Assembly (NCBI GenBank): GCA_963665775.2
Contig: CAXXTF010000002.1
Coordinates: 352,001-416,000 of the forward strand
Length of the DNA: 64,000 bases
Origin: Dehalococcoidia bacterium
Lineage (GTDB): Bacteria; Chloroflexota; Dehalococcoidia; SM23-28-2; RBG-16-64-32
Direction of reading: 5' to 3'
Shown here: positions 32,330 through 43,070 of the stretch, one piece after another
Position numbering within the stretch: position 1 is the stretch's first letter
Layout of the letters: each line of letters starts with the position of its first letter
The notes under the pieces: model-generated
Told to the model about the DNA's origin: nothing
The model's database searches: none
The model's input: the letters and a program-made list of their open reading frames with translations, nothing else
Translations under genes and position numbers: made by a program

Positions 32330-33727
32330 CTAACCCCGGTACTGGTAGCGGCCAGCCTCCTTGTCCTTGTTTAGCCGCTTGTTCAGGTGCAGGCCTTCCA
32401 GCACGAATTCCGCCGCCGAGGCCTGCAGCGATGGGCTTCCCTTTACCCCCAACCTCTCGATGGCCCCTTTCAGCCCTTCCGTCTGCTTGATGAGCTTGGT
32501 ATACTCCGCCGCCGGCGTCATCTCTGAGACTTCCGCAGCGTGGCCGGCTTTGAAATGAGCCACCACGGGCTCTAGCTCGCTCAGGCTAAAGTAGCGGTTG
32601 AACACAGCTTGTACCGCCCCCTGGATCAGCCGCTCGACGACCTGATCCAGGGGGCCATCGTCCACCGTCTCGAACTCCAGCTTGCCGGTCAGCGCCGGCA
32701 CGAGGAACGGAAGGTCGCTCACCCTGGGCACGATCTTCTTCTCGCCCAGCCGGATGGACCGCCGCACAGCGTTGGCTAGCAGCGCCTCGTAGTCGGCGAT
32801 GGAGGCGCGAACCGACACGCCGGAGCGCTGATTGATGTCCGGGCTACGCCGGGCCAGGCGGGTGATCTCCGCTACGATCTCCTTCATGTACGCCGGCACG
32901 TTCAGCGCCCGTTCGTAATCCGCCTCGAAGTGCGCTCGTTCCTGCTCCATGATGGCGATCTCGTTCTCCGCGTTGCGCGGGTAATGGGTGCGGATCTGCG
33001 CCCCGTAGCGGTCCTTCAGCGGCGTGATGATGCGGCCGCGGTTTGTGTAGTCCTCCGGGTTGGCGGAGACGACTATGAGTACGTCCAGGGGCAGGCGGAT
33101 ACGGTAGCCCCGGATCTGGACATCGCGCTCCTCCATGATGTTCAGCAGCCCTACCTGGATGCGTTCAGCTAGATCCGGCAGCTCATTGAGGCAGAAGATG
33201 CCGCGGTTGTGGCGGGGGATCAGGCCATAGTGGATCGTATGCTCATCGGAGAGGTAGCGGCCCTCGGCTACCTTGATCGGATCCACCTCGCCGATGAGAT
33301 CTGCTATCGTGATGTCCGGCGTCGCCAGCTTCTCCCCGTAGCGGCGCTCTTTATCGAGCCACTCGATCTCGGCGTCGTCGCCTTCCCCGGCCACTAAGTC
33401 ACGGCAGTGCTGGCAGATGGGTTGATACGGGTTATCGTTGATCTCGCAGCCAACGATGGCCGGGACCTCCTCGTCGAGCAGGTTTACCAGCGATCGCATT
33501 AGGCGTGACTTCGCCTGTCCGCGCTCGCCCAGGAAGATAATATCCTGCCCGGACAGGATGGCGTTCTCCAGATGGGGCACGACCGTGTCCTCGAACCCGA
33601 TTATTCCGGGGAAGTGCTCCTCTCCCTTACGGATGCGCCCAATCAGGTTGTTCCGCATCTCCTGCTTAACGGTCAGCGCCCTGTAGCCAGAATTCCGGAG
33701 CTCGCCAACTGTCCTGGGCTTTACCAC
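32330..33727 (-). CDS. Mg-chelatase subunit I-like AAA+ ATPase
   Basis: GERGQAKS, NELPDLAERIQV, ANPEDYTNRGRIITPLKDR; likely GTG start at 33727. Confidence 0.88.
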   Translation of the reverse strand: MVKPRTVGELRNSGYRALTVKQEMRNNLIGRIRKGEEHFPGIIGFEDTVVPHLENAILSGQDIIFLGERGQAKSRLMRSLVNLLDEEVPAIVGCEINDNPYQPICQHCRDLVAGEGDDAEIEWLDKERRYGEKLATPDITIADLIGEVDPIKVAEGRYLSDEHTIHYGLIPRHNRGIFCLNELPDLAERIQVGLLNIMEERDVQIRGYRIRLPLDVLIVVSANPEDYTNRGRIITPLKDRYGAQIRTHYPRNAENEIAIMEQERAHFEADYERALNVPAYMKEIVAEITRLARRSPDINQRSGVSVRASIADYEALLANAVRRSIRLGEKKIVPRVSDLPFLVPALTGKLEFETVDDGPLDQVVERLIQGAVQAVFNRYFSLSELEPVVAHFKAGHAAEVSEMTPAAEYTKLIKQTEGLKGAIERLGVKGSPSLQASAAEFVLEGLHLNKRLNKDKEAGRYQYRG

Positions 33728-33932
33728 AGTATCCCTCGCCTCTTTAGCCGCTATCCGGGCAGCCCCGGCAATTCGGGGCCGCTTTGACTCTCCCCTTTGG
33801 CCAGAATGCGCGCCACGTCCTCTCTGCCGAAGCGGGGAAGCTTCTTCCGTTGATCGTGCCCCTCCATTATAGCGCCCCCCTCCGCCTTGAGCAGCCCGCC
33901 TCTCCACGAGGGGATATCGTTCGGCAGCTCGG

Positions 33933-34721
33933 TTGCATCCATGCGTGCCCGCATCATGTCCTCTGTCCCTCCCTCTGTCAACTCTCGCTTGGCCCGCCGC
34001 AGGGGGTGGGCGTATACTGGCTTCAGGTAAGCTGAGGTGGGAGGTCACACGACCGCTGTTTGGTATTGAGGACGCGCTCCTCGACGTAGCGACCGAGATC
34101 TTTGAAGCCATCGAGTGGCCTGGCGTCGTCTTCCTCATGGCTGTGGAGAGCGCAGCCATCCCCTTCCCCAGCGAGATCATCATGCCCCTGGCCGGCTGGA
34201 TCCTGGTCAAGGATCGAGGATTGGGGGAGGAGTGGCTCCTGTTGGCCGCCTTTTACGGGGCCCTGGGCAACACCATCGGCTCGCTTATAGCCTACTATGC
34301 TGGCGCCTGGGGTGGCCGCCGCCTGCTTCTGCGCTACGGCCGCTACGTCCTGGTGACCCCTCGCGATCTGGATAGGGCTGACCGCTGGTTTCAGCGCTAC
34401 GGCGAAGTGACAGTGTTAGTCAGCCGTATGCTGCCGGTGATCCGCACCTTTATCAGCGTCCCCGCCGGCATCGCTCGCATGAACGTCTGGCGGTTCACTG
34501 TACTCACCTTCGTCGGTTCCTTCCCCTGGTCTTTGGGCCTGGCCTGGGGCGGTTTCCTCCTGGGGGAAAACTGGGAGCGCATCTCCGACTATCTCCGGCC
34601 CGTGGCCATACCGATTGCTGTAGCCCTTTTGCTCCTGGGCGGCTACTACGTCTACCGTCGCCTCCGGGAGGTGAGCCGGTCGGAACCTCCCGCGCTGGCG
34701 CCGGATGACCCGGAGGCTTAG
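33933..34721 (+). CDS. DedA family membrane protein (true start probably near 34056)
   Basis: ES..IPFPSEIIMP.AG, WF.RYG, R.LP.IRTFISVPAG. Confidence 0.9.
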   Translation: MHPCVPASCPLSLPLSTLAWPAAGGGRILASGKLRWEVTRPLFGIEDALLDVATEIFEAIEWPGVVFLMAVESAAIPFPSEIIMPLAGWILVKDRGLGEEWLLLAAFYGALGNTIGSLIAYYAGAWGGRRLLLRYGRYVLVTPRDLDRADRWFQRYGEVTVLVSRMLPVIRTFISVPAGIARMNVWRFTVLTFVGSFPWSLGLAWGGFLLGENWERISDYLRPVAIPIAVALLLLGGYYVYRRLREVSRSEPPALAPDDPEA

Positions 34722-35991
34722 CCCCGGCTCCCTCCGAGGCGAGCTGGTTCTCCCCTTGGGCCGCGGGCTGTCTAACGCCTTGGGGCCGCTATCCGGATGC
34801 GGATTGCGGCGGCTTCTCCTCGCTTCGGCCTTTCTCCTCCCTCTTCTGCTGGCCGCTTGCGGCGGCTCCGGTTCCGATCCGGCAACGGCAACCCCTGTGG
34901 CCACGGTTACCCTCGTCCCGACAGCCACCTCGTCGCCGGGCTACGACTTCCTCTACCGCGAGTTTGGGCGGGAGCGGGACATCATCTGGCGGGTCGACCC
35001 GGCCGCCCCCGGCCAGCGAGAGCAGGCGGCGGTTATCCCCCATCGTACCGGCTGGGGTATCGTGCCCTCGCTGTCGCCCGGCGGTAGGCAACTGGCCTAT
35101 ACGTCCTTTCCGGAAGGGGCGTTGGACCCGGCGTCTCAGTCCGAGGTCTACCTCCTGGATCTGGAGAGCGACACGCGTGAGCTCATCGCCGAGGGCGTAG
35201 ATCTACGCCTGCCTCCCGTCTGGTCACCGGACGGAAGCCTCCTGTTTCTAAGGCGGATCACAGGGACGGAGGTCATGATCCTCCAAGTGGAGCTGACCGG
35301 CTCCGAGGATAGCCCCGACCGCATCCGGATCACCCTTCAGGCCGACCTGACCGATGTTTTGACCTTTGTCCCCGTGGGCTTTACGGCAGACGAGCGCTCA
35401 ATCTACCTCGCTCAGGTACAGGGCGGGGCCGGTGGCGGAACCGTGTTGGGCCTCTATGCGCTCGGCGGCACGCCGCCGGTCAGTCCGGCGTCGCGGGCGA
35501 TCCCTGTCGTCCGCCTCAGCGAGGACGGGATCGCCCGCGGTTACGCCCTGAGCCCGGACTCAGGGCGGCTCGTCTTCCTTGTCCAAGAGCTAATCGAGGG
35601 GAGACTCCTCTTCAGAGCTTCCGTCGCCGATCTCGGCGGTGGGAGCGTGGCCCCTCTCCCTACTGATAGCCTCGGCGATGGCGATCACCTGCATCCGCTA
35701 TGGCATCCAGATGGGAGCCGCATAGCGCTGGGGCAGCCGTCCTCGGCGGGCGAGGCCGCTGCCGTGGCCCTGGTGGCCGTGGACGGTGGTGCGCCGTCCT
35801 TCCTCGCGCCCCCTGACAGCGGGTTCGACGTGCCCTTGAGCTGGGCCCCTGACGGGTCATACCTGGCGCTGATCTCCAGGGATAGTGCTGACCCGGGAAA
35901 GAGGCTGCTGGTATTCGTCTCGGCTTCTGGGGAGCGGGTCGCGGTGGCCGCTGGGGTGGATGTGCTGGTGGTGGGCTGGGTCAGGCGGTAG
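34705..35991 (+). CDS. TolB-like beta-propeller (PD40 repeat) lipoprotein
   Basis: Lipobox LAAC; repeated WSPDG, LSPD, WHPDG, WAPDG. Confidence 0.75.
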   Translation: MTRRLSPGSLRGELVLPLGRGLSNALGPLSGCGLRRLLLASAFLLPLLLAACGGSGSDPATATPVATVTLVPTATSSPGYDFLYREFGRERDIIWRVDPAAPGQREQAAVIPHRTGWGIVPSLSPGGRQLAYTSFPEGALDPASQSEVYLLDLESDTRELIAEGVDLRLPPVWSPDGSLLFLRRITGTEVMILQVELTGSEDSPDRIRITLQADLTDVLTFVPVGFTADERSIYLAQVQGGAGGGTVLGLYALGGTPPVSPASRAIPVVRLSEDGIARGYALSPDSGRLVFLVQELIEGRLLFRASVADLGGGSVAPLPTDSLGDGDHLHPLWHPDGSRIALGQPSSAGEAAAVALVAVDGGAPSFLAPPDSGFDVPLSWAPDGSYLALISRDSADPGKRLLVFVSASGERVAVAAGVDVLVVGWVRR

Positions 35992-36046
35992 GCGCCTCCC
36001 GGCCGAGTCATTGTGCTATACTTTTTACCCAGAGGTAGCTGTTTAG

Positions 36047-36547
36047 ATGCTCAAACCGTTGATCAATGCTGTCAGGCGAAATCACGCCTTGGAGCATGCC
36101 ACAGTCTCGGTCATCCTGAGCCGACATGGCCAGCACACTCGAGTTCTGGGTCGGGCTACACGAGATGGTTTCTACATCTACAGCGATGTTCCGACGGACA
36201 GACTCACCGAGTTTGCCCACGAGGGGCTGGCCCGCCTCCAGCGGGGCGAGTCCCATCTTGCCGTCTCGCCCCTGTGCGGCACTAACCTGGCCGTTGCCGG
36301 GCTCCTATCCGGCCTGGCCTCCTACACAGTCGCCGCTGGCCGCAACAATCGGCGGGGTGGCCTACCTGCTGCCCTAATGGCCGGCATGCTCGCCGTACTG
36401 GTTGCCCAACCGCTCGGCCGCATTGTGCAGAAGCGATTCACGACTTTGGCGAAGATGGATGGCGTGCGCATCGTCTCTGTTGAGCCCATGGGCAAGCGCC
36501 TCCACGGCGTCCACAAAGTCCGCACCGAATCCTCCACTGGGCTCTGA
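36047..36547 (+). CDS. Conserved membrane protein (DUF6391-like)
   Basis: RRNHALEHAT, RL..GE..LA....CGTN. Confidence 0.7.
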   Translation: MLKPLINAVRRNHALEHATVSVILSRHGQHTRVLGRATRDGFYIYSDVPTDRLTEFAHEGLARLQRGESHLAVSPLCGTNLAVAGLLSGLASYTVAAGRNNRRGGLPAALMAGMLAVLVAQPLGRIVQKRFTTLAKMDGVRIVSVEPMGKRLHGVHKVRTESSTGL

Positions 36548-36593
36548 CCGGCGACGGGCATCTCACGCTCTGGCCTGCTTCCTTGTGGCTCGG

Positions 36594-36965
36594 TCAGGCC
36601 TCTGGGGAGGGATCAAAGTCTACCGCTATCGGTAGAGCGTTCCGCTCCCACTCGGAGAGGTCGCTACTGTAGCCTGGTTGGTACTTCGCTCGCAGCAGCC
36701 GGCGGGCCTGCCCATCCTCGTCCGACCCCTCTCGGACGATTCGCGCCACGCCCGTCATCTGTATGTCGGCGACCCGGACACCGACGGACGGCGTATTCGC
36801 TAGGTTCTTGACCCAGTCCGACCTGTCGCGGCCACCGGAGAGAATGTAGAGCGTGTTCCCCACTAGCCCGAACCAGATCTCGATCTCGTGTGGGTTGCCG
36901 GTGACCCGGCCAACCGTGGTCAGGTAACAGAACTGCTCTGCCGCGTGGCGTTCCTCAAGGGTCAT
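36594..36965 (-). CDS. Deazaflavin (F420)-dependent nitroreductase family protein
   Basis: LTT.GR.TG.P..IEIWF, SDWVKNL..P.V.V. Confidence 0.8.
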   Translation of the reverse strand: MTLEERHAAEQFCYLTTVGRVTGNPHEIEIWFGLVGNTLYILSGGRDRSDWVKNLANTPSVGVRVADIQMTGVARIVREGSDEDGQARRLLRAKYQPGYSSDLSEWERNALPIAVDFDPSPEA

Positions 36966-37040
36966 GGCGCCTGCTTCTTTAGCTGACGGTCGTGTAGGCC
37001 GCCCACATCGTTCTCTGGCTACGAGGGTGAAGGCGGGCGG

Positions 37041-37976
37041 TTAACCGGATTCCGGCTCTCCCCAGCGCCTCTCGATGTCGTGGAGGAAGCGTTCCATCTC
37101 TGAGGATAGCTTCGGGGAATCTTCACTGGCGCTCTCCAACTTGGCATCATAGGAAGCCTCAAGCTCTCGCATCATCTCCTGCGCGCGAGGGTCTTGCCGG
37201 ATGCTATCGTCCAGGGCGGCGGACTGGCGATCTCGCTCCTCGCGCAGGCTATCGGTGTCCAGTGAGAGGTCGTGGATGCGCGACAGGAGATCGAGGAGGG
37301 CTTCCAGGCCGCCGTAGTCCCGTTCCAGCTGGGCGTAAGCGGGCAGCTGGAGGATCATGCTCAAGGTGTCGATTCCCAGTTCCTGGGCCCGGTTAACAAC
37401 GAGAGTGAGTATCGTCGTGGGCCCCTCATATGTACTCTCCCTTAGGCCTAACTCCTGTAGTCGCTGCTGAAGCGCCTCGTCGCTGGCCCGGCCGCTCACA
37501 ATGGGCGGCCTGGTGTGAGGCACCGGCGCGTACATAGAGCCGATGAGACAGTACTGGCGCACGCCAAGGTACTTCATGAGCTCCAACAAGGAGTCGACGT
37601 AGTCCTCGCCGTGGCTGTGGGGTTCCAGGGCGTGGAGGAGTAGCCAGTCCTGACCGCCTGCCGGCCTAGCATGATGCAGGAAGGTGTTGGGAATCGATAC
37701 CTCCCGTTTCCCGTCCTTCAACTCTGTCACGGGGCGGTATCGGGTGAAGTCGTAGAACCTGCCGGGGTGGCTTAGCTGAGCCAGCGGCCGGGCTCGCCAA
37801 GCTTCCTCTAGGAAGCCGAGGGCCATCGTCCCTACGGAACCGACGTCTACCCACGGTTGGAGAGACACGAGCAGGCGAGGGTGGTCTAGATGCGGGACCG
37901 GATCATGAAGTTCGAAGGCGCCGATCTGCGTGGCCATCTGTAACCACATTTTGTCACGACTTGCCGCTGCATGCAC
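37041..37976 (-). CDS. PAC2 family (proteasome assembly chaperone-like) protein
   Basis: W.D.GSVG, FYDFTRYRP, EPH, VPHTRP, STYEGPT.I. Confidence 0.85.
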   Translation of the reverse strand: MHAAASRDKMWLQMATQIGAFELHDPVPHLDHPRLLVSLQPWVDVGSVGTMALGFLEEAWRARPLAQLSHPGRFYDFTRYRPVTELKDGKREVSIPNTFLHHARPAGGQDWLLLHALEPHSHGEDYVDSLLELMKYLGVRQYCLIGSMYAPVPHTRPPIVSGRASDEALQQRLQELGLRESTYEGPTTILTLVVNRAQELGIDTLSMILQLPAYAQLERDYGGLEALLDLLSRIHDLSLDTDSLREERDRQSAALDDSIRQDPRAQEMMRELEASYDAKLESASEDSPKLSSEMERFLHDIERRWGEPESG

Positions 37977-38051
37977 GCGACGCCGCTGACCGAAGCCCTT
38001 CCAGAGGCGGCTGACCGTCTATCTTGGACTGACTGCCTAGGGTCTCGTACA

Positions 38052-38522
38052 ATGGAGATTGTAGCTATGGATGCCCCTCAGCAGATCCAGCCCTCCGGCC
38101 TCGGCGACTACCTGGCGGTCATGAGCAAGGCCGTCTTCCAGGTTGGCATCTCCTGGAAGGTCGTCGAGAGCAAGTGGCCCGGCATCCGCGATGCTTTCCG
38201 GGGCTTCGAGCCTCTCGCTGTCGCCTCCCTCAACGAGAAGGAGCTGGAGGAGCTGGGCAACGACAGGCGCATTATCCGCAACCGACGTAAGATCGAAGCG
38301 ATCGTGGAGAACGCCCGCCAGATGATCGAGCTGGACGAGAAACACAGCGGGTTTAGCAATTACCTCCGCTCACACGGCGACTTTGACGCCACCGCAGCCG
38401 ACCTGCGCAAGCGCTTCCGCTTCCTTGGCGAATTCGGCACCTACTACTTCCTTTACGTCGTCGGCGAGGAGGTGCCGCTACACGAGGAGTGGGCCCGCGC
38501 CCGCGGCATCGAGATGCGCTAG
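38052..38522 (+). CDS. DNA-3-methyladenine glycosylase I family protein
   Basis: FQ.G.SW.VV..KW..IR.AF..F, D.RIIRNRRKI.A...NA. Confidence 0.8.
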   Translation: MEIVAMDAPQQIQPSGLGDYLAVMSKAVFQVGISWKVVESKWPGIRDAFRGFEPLAVASLNEKELEELGNDRRIIRNRRKIEAIVENARQMIELDEKHSGFSNYLRSHGDFDATAADLRKRFRFLGEFGTYYFLYVVGEEVPLHEEWARARGIEMR

Positions 38523-38603
38523 GGCTGATCCGGGCAACGCTGCCAGCCGGCGGCATCATTCTTTTCAGCGGGCAGCTATTGGGTTAACCTGGTACGGGGA
38601 TGC

Positions 38604-38679
38604 GCCCCCGTAGCTCAACGGACAGAGCATCTGCCTTCTAAGCAGAGGGTTGCAGGTTCGAATCCTGCCGGGGGCACCA
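38604..38679 (+). tRNA. tRNA-Arg(TCT)
   Basis: Anticodon arm TCTGC-CTTCTAA-GCAGA, GGTTCGAAT, CCA end. Confidence 0.95.
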
Positions 38680-38730
38680 GACCGGCTATAATCTAGACGT
38701 TCCCTTGCCTAGCTGGAGGGACCGTGGGAG

Positions 38731-38835
38731 CTAGCGAAGCGCTTCACCGAAGTAGTTGAGCAGGCCTGCACCGGCCACCGCTACTGCGGCTATGGCCACC
38801 ATGAAGACAGCGGTCTCGACAATCCGTCTGACCAT
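38731..38835 (-). CDS. Putative 34-aa single-pass membrane peptide
   Basis: MVRRIVETAVFMVAIAAVAVAGAGLLNYFGEALR* with a purine-rich leader. Confidence 0.35.
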   Translation of the reverse strand: MVRRIVETAVFMVAIAAVAVAGAGLLNYFGEALR

Positions 38836-39075
38836 CTCTCTACCCCCATTCTTGTCAGGCTTCTGCCTTCAGCATGAGGTCAGACTCTCGCCAAAATGTC
38901 GCCGGGACAGCGCTAGCGATCGTCCTGCTCCGCAACGCGGCCGTCTGCTGTTGGTGGCTACCGCCCAGATCCGCTTCAACCGAGCGACGCACGGCATTCG
39001 ATGGCTTTGTGATCGATTCTAACGAGGGTCGGGCTTCCCCGAGCAGCTCGTTTAGCCGCTTTGCACCTGGCAGTC

Positions 39076-40232
39076 CTATCTCTTCCCCACGGCTTCGAGC
39101 GTCACCGCCCGCCTCAAGGCCTCCTCGTACTCGCTGTCCTGACCCTGGGCAGCCAGCTCCCGCGCCAGCATCTCCCCCTCCCCGCACGGCTCGATGCGTA
39201 CCCGCTCTTGCCGTACCTCCTGATCCCCCTCCCGGCGCAGCGTCAGGTGCAACGGGTCGTCGACCATGGTGATGGAGAGCGATGCTCGGTCTCGTTGTCT
39301 ACCCTGAAGCCGCACGGCGCTCACCGAGCCAGGCTTCATGCCGGGGCACCCTTCGCGCGGCCTGACGTTGACGGAGACCCGGCGCCTGCCCGATAGCATA
39401 GTGAAGCCGCCGTCCGATCCTGGCCGGAAAGGCTGCCCTGTCTCCCAGCCGAGGCGGGCCGCCAGCCATCCCAGGAGCAGCAGCGCCTGGCTGGGTGGCC
39501 TCTGCCGCCCGCCTTTCGTGAAGCCGATCTCCACCGCCGTGATCGGTTCCAGGCGGCGCCTCATGTCGGGCATTTCGCCGTATTGGGCTAGCGCCTGACG
39601 CCACGGTGTCAGGCGGCTCCAGTTCAGATCGCCGACGCCGCAATTCGGGCGCTCTCGGCGGAGCTGGGCCAGCCGGCCCAGTCCATCGCCAGACCGGCTG
39701 AAGCGGGCCGAGTCCGCGATGAAGCGGTCCGCGTTGCCGATCATCTCCTCGAGGATATGGGGGTTGTGGGCAAGCTCCCCGGTCCACCAGACGTACACGG
39801 GCAGGTCCGATACCAGCAGCGGTACGATGATGCTGTGCGGGTGGTAGGCCACGCGACCGGTCAGCCCCTCAGGGTTAGCTCCTCGCAGCAGACCTGCTGC
39901 TGCAGGCCCGGGCTGAGGTGGCAGTGGGCTGCCAGGTTCGCATCGATCCGTGACCGCGCCTCCGATGGCTTCGTCACCGCAATGATGGCTCGCGAAGCGT
40001 GGTGGCTGGGCAGGGCCGCAATGACTTGACCCGCCTCGCGGGCGGCCTTTCCGTCGGCGGCGTGGACGACTAGATTGAAAAGGCTGGTTCGAATGGCGAA
40101 TGTGTCGTCCCCTTCGGTTCCCCCCGCCGCCTCCTACCGTAGGCCGAGGAGCTCGGACTCGATTCTCTCGATGTCTACCGCCCGCCCGGACCAGGTCAGG
40201 GTGCTCTCACCTTGCCTTAGAGCCGCCGCCAT
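39076..40232 (-). pseudogene. opcA: Glucose-6-phosphate dehydrogenase assembly protein OpcA, disrupted
   Basis: IRTSLFNLVV, VCCEELTL, PLLVSDLPVYVWW.G, DLNWSRLTPWR; in-frame TAG near 40135 and frameshift near 39865. Confidence 0.8.
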
Positions 40233-41773
40233 TGGCGGCCTCCGTCACTTTCCATGAGAGCGGTGGCACCCTGTGGCCCCCAGGTGCCAGCCTCGTACTC
40301 AGGGAGGGGGCGGGCCGCCATCTGACGCCATCCCTCAAGGATGTCCGTCGTGATCGTCCAGGCTACCTCCACCTCATCGCCGCGGGTGAACAGCGTGGAG
40401 TCGCCCTGCAGGGCATCCAGCAACAGCGTCTCGTAGGCGGAAGGGGGTTCCACCAGGAATGAGGAGCCGTACAGGAAGTCCATGTTCACGGGCCGGAGGC
40501 GCACCGGCGAGCCGGGTACCTTAGCGTGAAACTTGAGCGTAATCCCCTCGTTGGGCTGGATCCGCATGGTCAGGATGTTTGGCTCCAGGGCGGAGACGTC
40601 GGTGATGTCGCGGAAGAGGAGGTGGGGCGCCCGCTTGAAATGTATCGCCACCTCAGTGCTCCGTTTGGGCAGTCGCTTACCGCTGCGCAAGTAGAAAGGC
40701 ACATCCGCCCAACGCCAGTTGTCCACGTACAGCTTGAGCGCTACGAACGTCTCCGTCCGTGATTCGCCGGACACTCCCGGTTCCTCTCGATAGCCGGGCA
40801 CCTCCTCGCCGGACACCCAGCCCTGGCTGTACTGACCCCGCGCGGTGCATCTCTCCACCTCAGCGCCCCGCAAGCGCCGGATGGCTTGCAGCACCTTCAC
40901 CTTCTCGTCCCGCACCGAGCGGCCGTCGAAGGTTGTCGGCGGCTCCATCGCCACCAGGGAGAGCAGCTGCATCAGATGGTTCTGCACCATATCCCGCAGT
41001 GCGCCCGCCTCCTCGTAGTAGCCACCCCTTCGCTCCACGCCGACGCTCTCGGCCACGGTTATCTGCACGTGGTCCACGTATCGTCGGTTCCATATGGGCT
41101 CGAATATCCCGTTGGCGAAGCGGAACACCAGGATGTTCTGAACGGTCTCCTTGCCCAGGTAGTGGTCGATGCGGTAAATCTGGTCCTCTGTGAGTACCGA
41201 ATGGATCTGGCGGTTAAGTGCGCGCGCCGACTCCAGGTCGCGTCCGAACGGCTTCTCAACTATGACCCGAGTCCAGGCCCGGCTATCGTCGTGATCGCCC
41301 ACCAGATCGCAGTCGCCCAGCCGCTCGATGATCAACGGATATGTGCTGGGGGGAACCGCCAGGTAGTACAGGTGGTTACCGGCGGTGCCCCGCTCCTGTT
41401 TGAGCGTTTCCAGGGTGGAGGCTAGCCTCCGGAGGCTAGCCTCGCTGTGGTACTCCCCCGGCACGTAGAACAGCCCTTTAGCGAAGCTCTCCCAGACGGC
41501 CTCGTCTACCGGCCGACGGGAAAATTGCTTCACGGCCTCAAGGGCCTGGTTTCGGAACTGCTCATCGCTGAGCTCCGTGCGGGCGAAGCCTACCACCGCG
41601 AACCGCGGCGGCAGCTGCTGGTCCAGAGCTAGATCGTAGAGCGCCGGCAGCAGCATCCGGCGGGTCAGATCGCCGGAGGCGCCGAAGATGACCATCGCGC
41701 AGGGATCAACGGCTAGGTCTGAGCGCATCGTCTCTGACGGTGTGACGGCCGAGGGGGATGTCTGGCCGCTCAT
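40217..41773 (-). CDS. zwf: Glucose-6-phosphate 1-dehydrogenase
   Basis: [35 protein letters not shown]. Confidence 0.97.
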   Translation of the reverse strand: MSGQTSPSAVTPSETMRSDLAVDPCAMVIFGASGDLTRRMLLPALYDLALDQQLPPRFAVVGFARTELSDEQFRNQALEAVKQFSRRPVDEAVWESFAKGLFYVPGEYHSEASLRRLASTLETLKQERGTAGNHLYYLAVPPSTYPLIIERLGDCDLVGDHDDSRAWTRVIVEKPFGRDLESARALNRQIHSVLTEDQIYRIDHYLGKETVQNILVFRFANGIFEPIWNRRYVDHVQITVAESVGVERRGGYYEEAGALRDMVQNHLMQLLSLVAMEPPTTFDGRSVRDEKVKVLQAIRRLRGAEVERCTARGQYSQGWVSGEEVPGYREEPGVSGESRTETFVALKLYVDNWRWADVPFYLRSGKRLPKRSTEVAIHFKRAPHLLFRDITDVSALEPNILTMRIQPNEGITLKFHAKVPGSPVRLRPVNMDFLYGSSFLVEPPSAYETLLLDALQGDSTLFTRGDEVEVAWTITTDILEGWRQMAARPLPEYEAGTWGPQGATALMESDGGRQWRRL

Positions 41774-41859
41774 TCCCTCTTCACCTGGTGGCCTCCCTTT
41801 AGCAACCGCTGGGCCATGTTCGACCCCATCCGGCCCAGCCCAACGAGACCGAGTTCCAT
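41770..41859 (-). pseudogene. gnd: 6-phosphogluconate dehydrogenase reduced to 29 codons by internal deletion
   Basis: [29 protein letters not shown]; RBS AAGGAGG; stop overlaps the zwf ATG. Confidence 0.85.
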
Positions 41860-41907
41860 ACGGCTAGCCTCCTTCTCGGCGCGCGCTAACAGTCAGCGCC
41901 GGCGCTG

Positions 41908-43053
41908 CTATCGGCTCCTTGTCTCCGCCCGTAGTGCGTCGCGCTTCTGCCGGAGGGTGTCCATAACGTTCTGGAAGGAGTCGGCGAACAGCTGTACGCC
42001 CTGGACCTGGAGCTCATCCGTCACTGCCTTGAAGTCGATCCCCATCTGCTGCAGCTGGCGGATCGTCTCTCGCGCTTCGTTTAGCTCCTCCCCAATCGTC
42101 GCCGCCACCCGGCCGTGATCCCTGAACGCATCCAGCGTGACCTTGGGCATCGTGTTGATGGTGTCCGGCCCGATGAACGGCTCGACGTACATGACGTCTC
42201 GGTAGTTCGGGTTCTTCCTGCTCGTGCTGGCCCAGAGGCAGCGCTGTACCCGCGCCCCCTTCGCCGCCAGGGCTCGCCAGCGAGGGCCCGAGAAGACCTC
42301 CTGGAACTTGGCGTAGGCGATCTTGGCGTTGGCGACGCCGGCCCTGCCCAGCGGCGAATTCAGCTTCTCCCGCTCGGCCTCGCCGGTCGCGGCCGCGATC
42401 CGCTCCTGCAGCTTGCCGTCTACCAGCGTGTCGACGCGGCTGACGAAGAAGCTGGCGACCGAAGCGACGCGGTCGATGGGCTGGTTCGCCGCCAAGCGCC
42501 TTTCCAGCGCCCCGATGTACGTCCAGGCTACCTGCTCGTAGTTCTCCACTCCGAAAAGGAGCGTGATGTTGATGTTTATCCCCTCGCTCAGGCACTGCTC
42601 GATGGCGGGCATCGCTTCCGGCGTGCCGGGAATCTTGATCATGGCGTTCGGCCGGCCGAGCGCCGCGAACAGCCTGCGCGCGGCCTCGACGCTGCTCTGG
42701 ACCTCATACGCCAGGAGCGGTGACACCTCTAGGGAGGCGTAGCCGTCCACCCCTTGTGTCTGATCGTATACGGGCCGAAAGATGTCTGAGGATCGCTGAA
42801 TGTCCGTCACGGTCAAGCCGTCATAGATCTCCGCGATCTCCTGGCCCTGACCCGCGAGTTGGTGGAAGTGGTCGTCGTACACGTCGCTGCCCTTAAGGGC
42901 CTTCTCGAAGATCGACGGGTTGGAGGTGCCGCCGGAAACACCGTCCTCGTCGACCAGTCGCTGCAGCTCGCCCTCTACGAGGAGGGCGCGGTTAAGGTCG
43001 TCGTACCAGACGCTCTGGCCGTGCTCCTTCAGTAGTTGTAAGGGGTTTCCCAT
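41908..43053 (-). CDS. tal: Transaldolase
   Basis: GQSVWYD, G.TSNPSIF, SLEVSP, MIKIPGT, ININITLLF, VASFFVSRVD, LWAST. Confidence 0.95.
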   Translation of the reverse strand: MGNPLQLLKEHGQSVWYDDLNRALLVEGELQRLVDEDGVSGGTSNPSIFEKALKGSDVYDDHFHQLAGQGQEIAEIYDGLTVTDIQRSSDIFRPVYDQTQGVDGYASLEVSPLLAYEVQSSVEAARRLFAALGRPNAMIKIPGTPEAMPAIEQCLSEGININITLLFGVENYEQVAWTYIGALERRLAANQPIDRVASVASFFVSRVDTLVDGKLQERIAAATGEAEREKLNSPLGRAGVANAKIAYAKFQEVFSGPRWRALAAKGARVQRCLWASTSRKNPNYRDVMYVEPFIGPDTINTMPKVTLDAFRDHGRVAATIGEELNEARETIRQLQQMGIDFKAVTDELQVQGVQLFADSFQNVMDTLRQKRDALRAETRSR

Positions 43054-43070
43054 ATCGCCCACTCCCTTTC

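Noticed and set aside
32330-33727. Chlorophyll or cobalamin chelatase implying phototrophy
   Set aside because: It matches the widespread AAA plus VWA pair and has no tetrapyrrole genes nearby.
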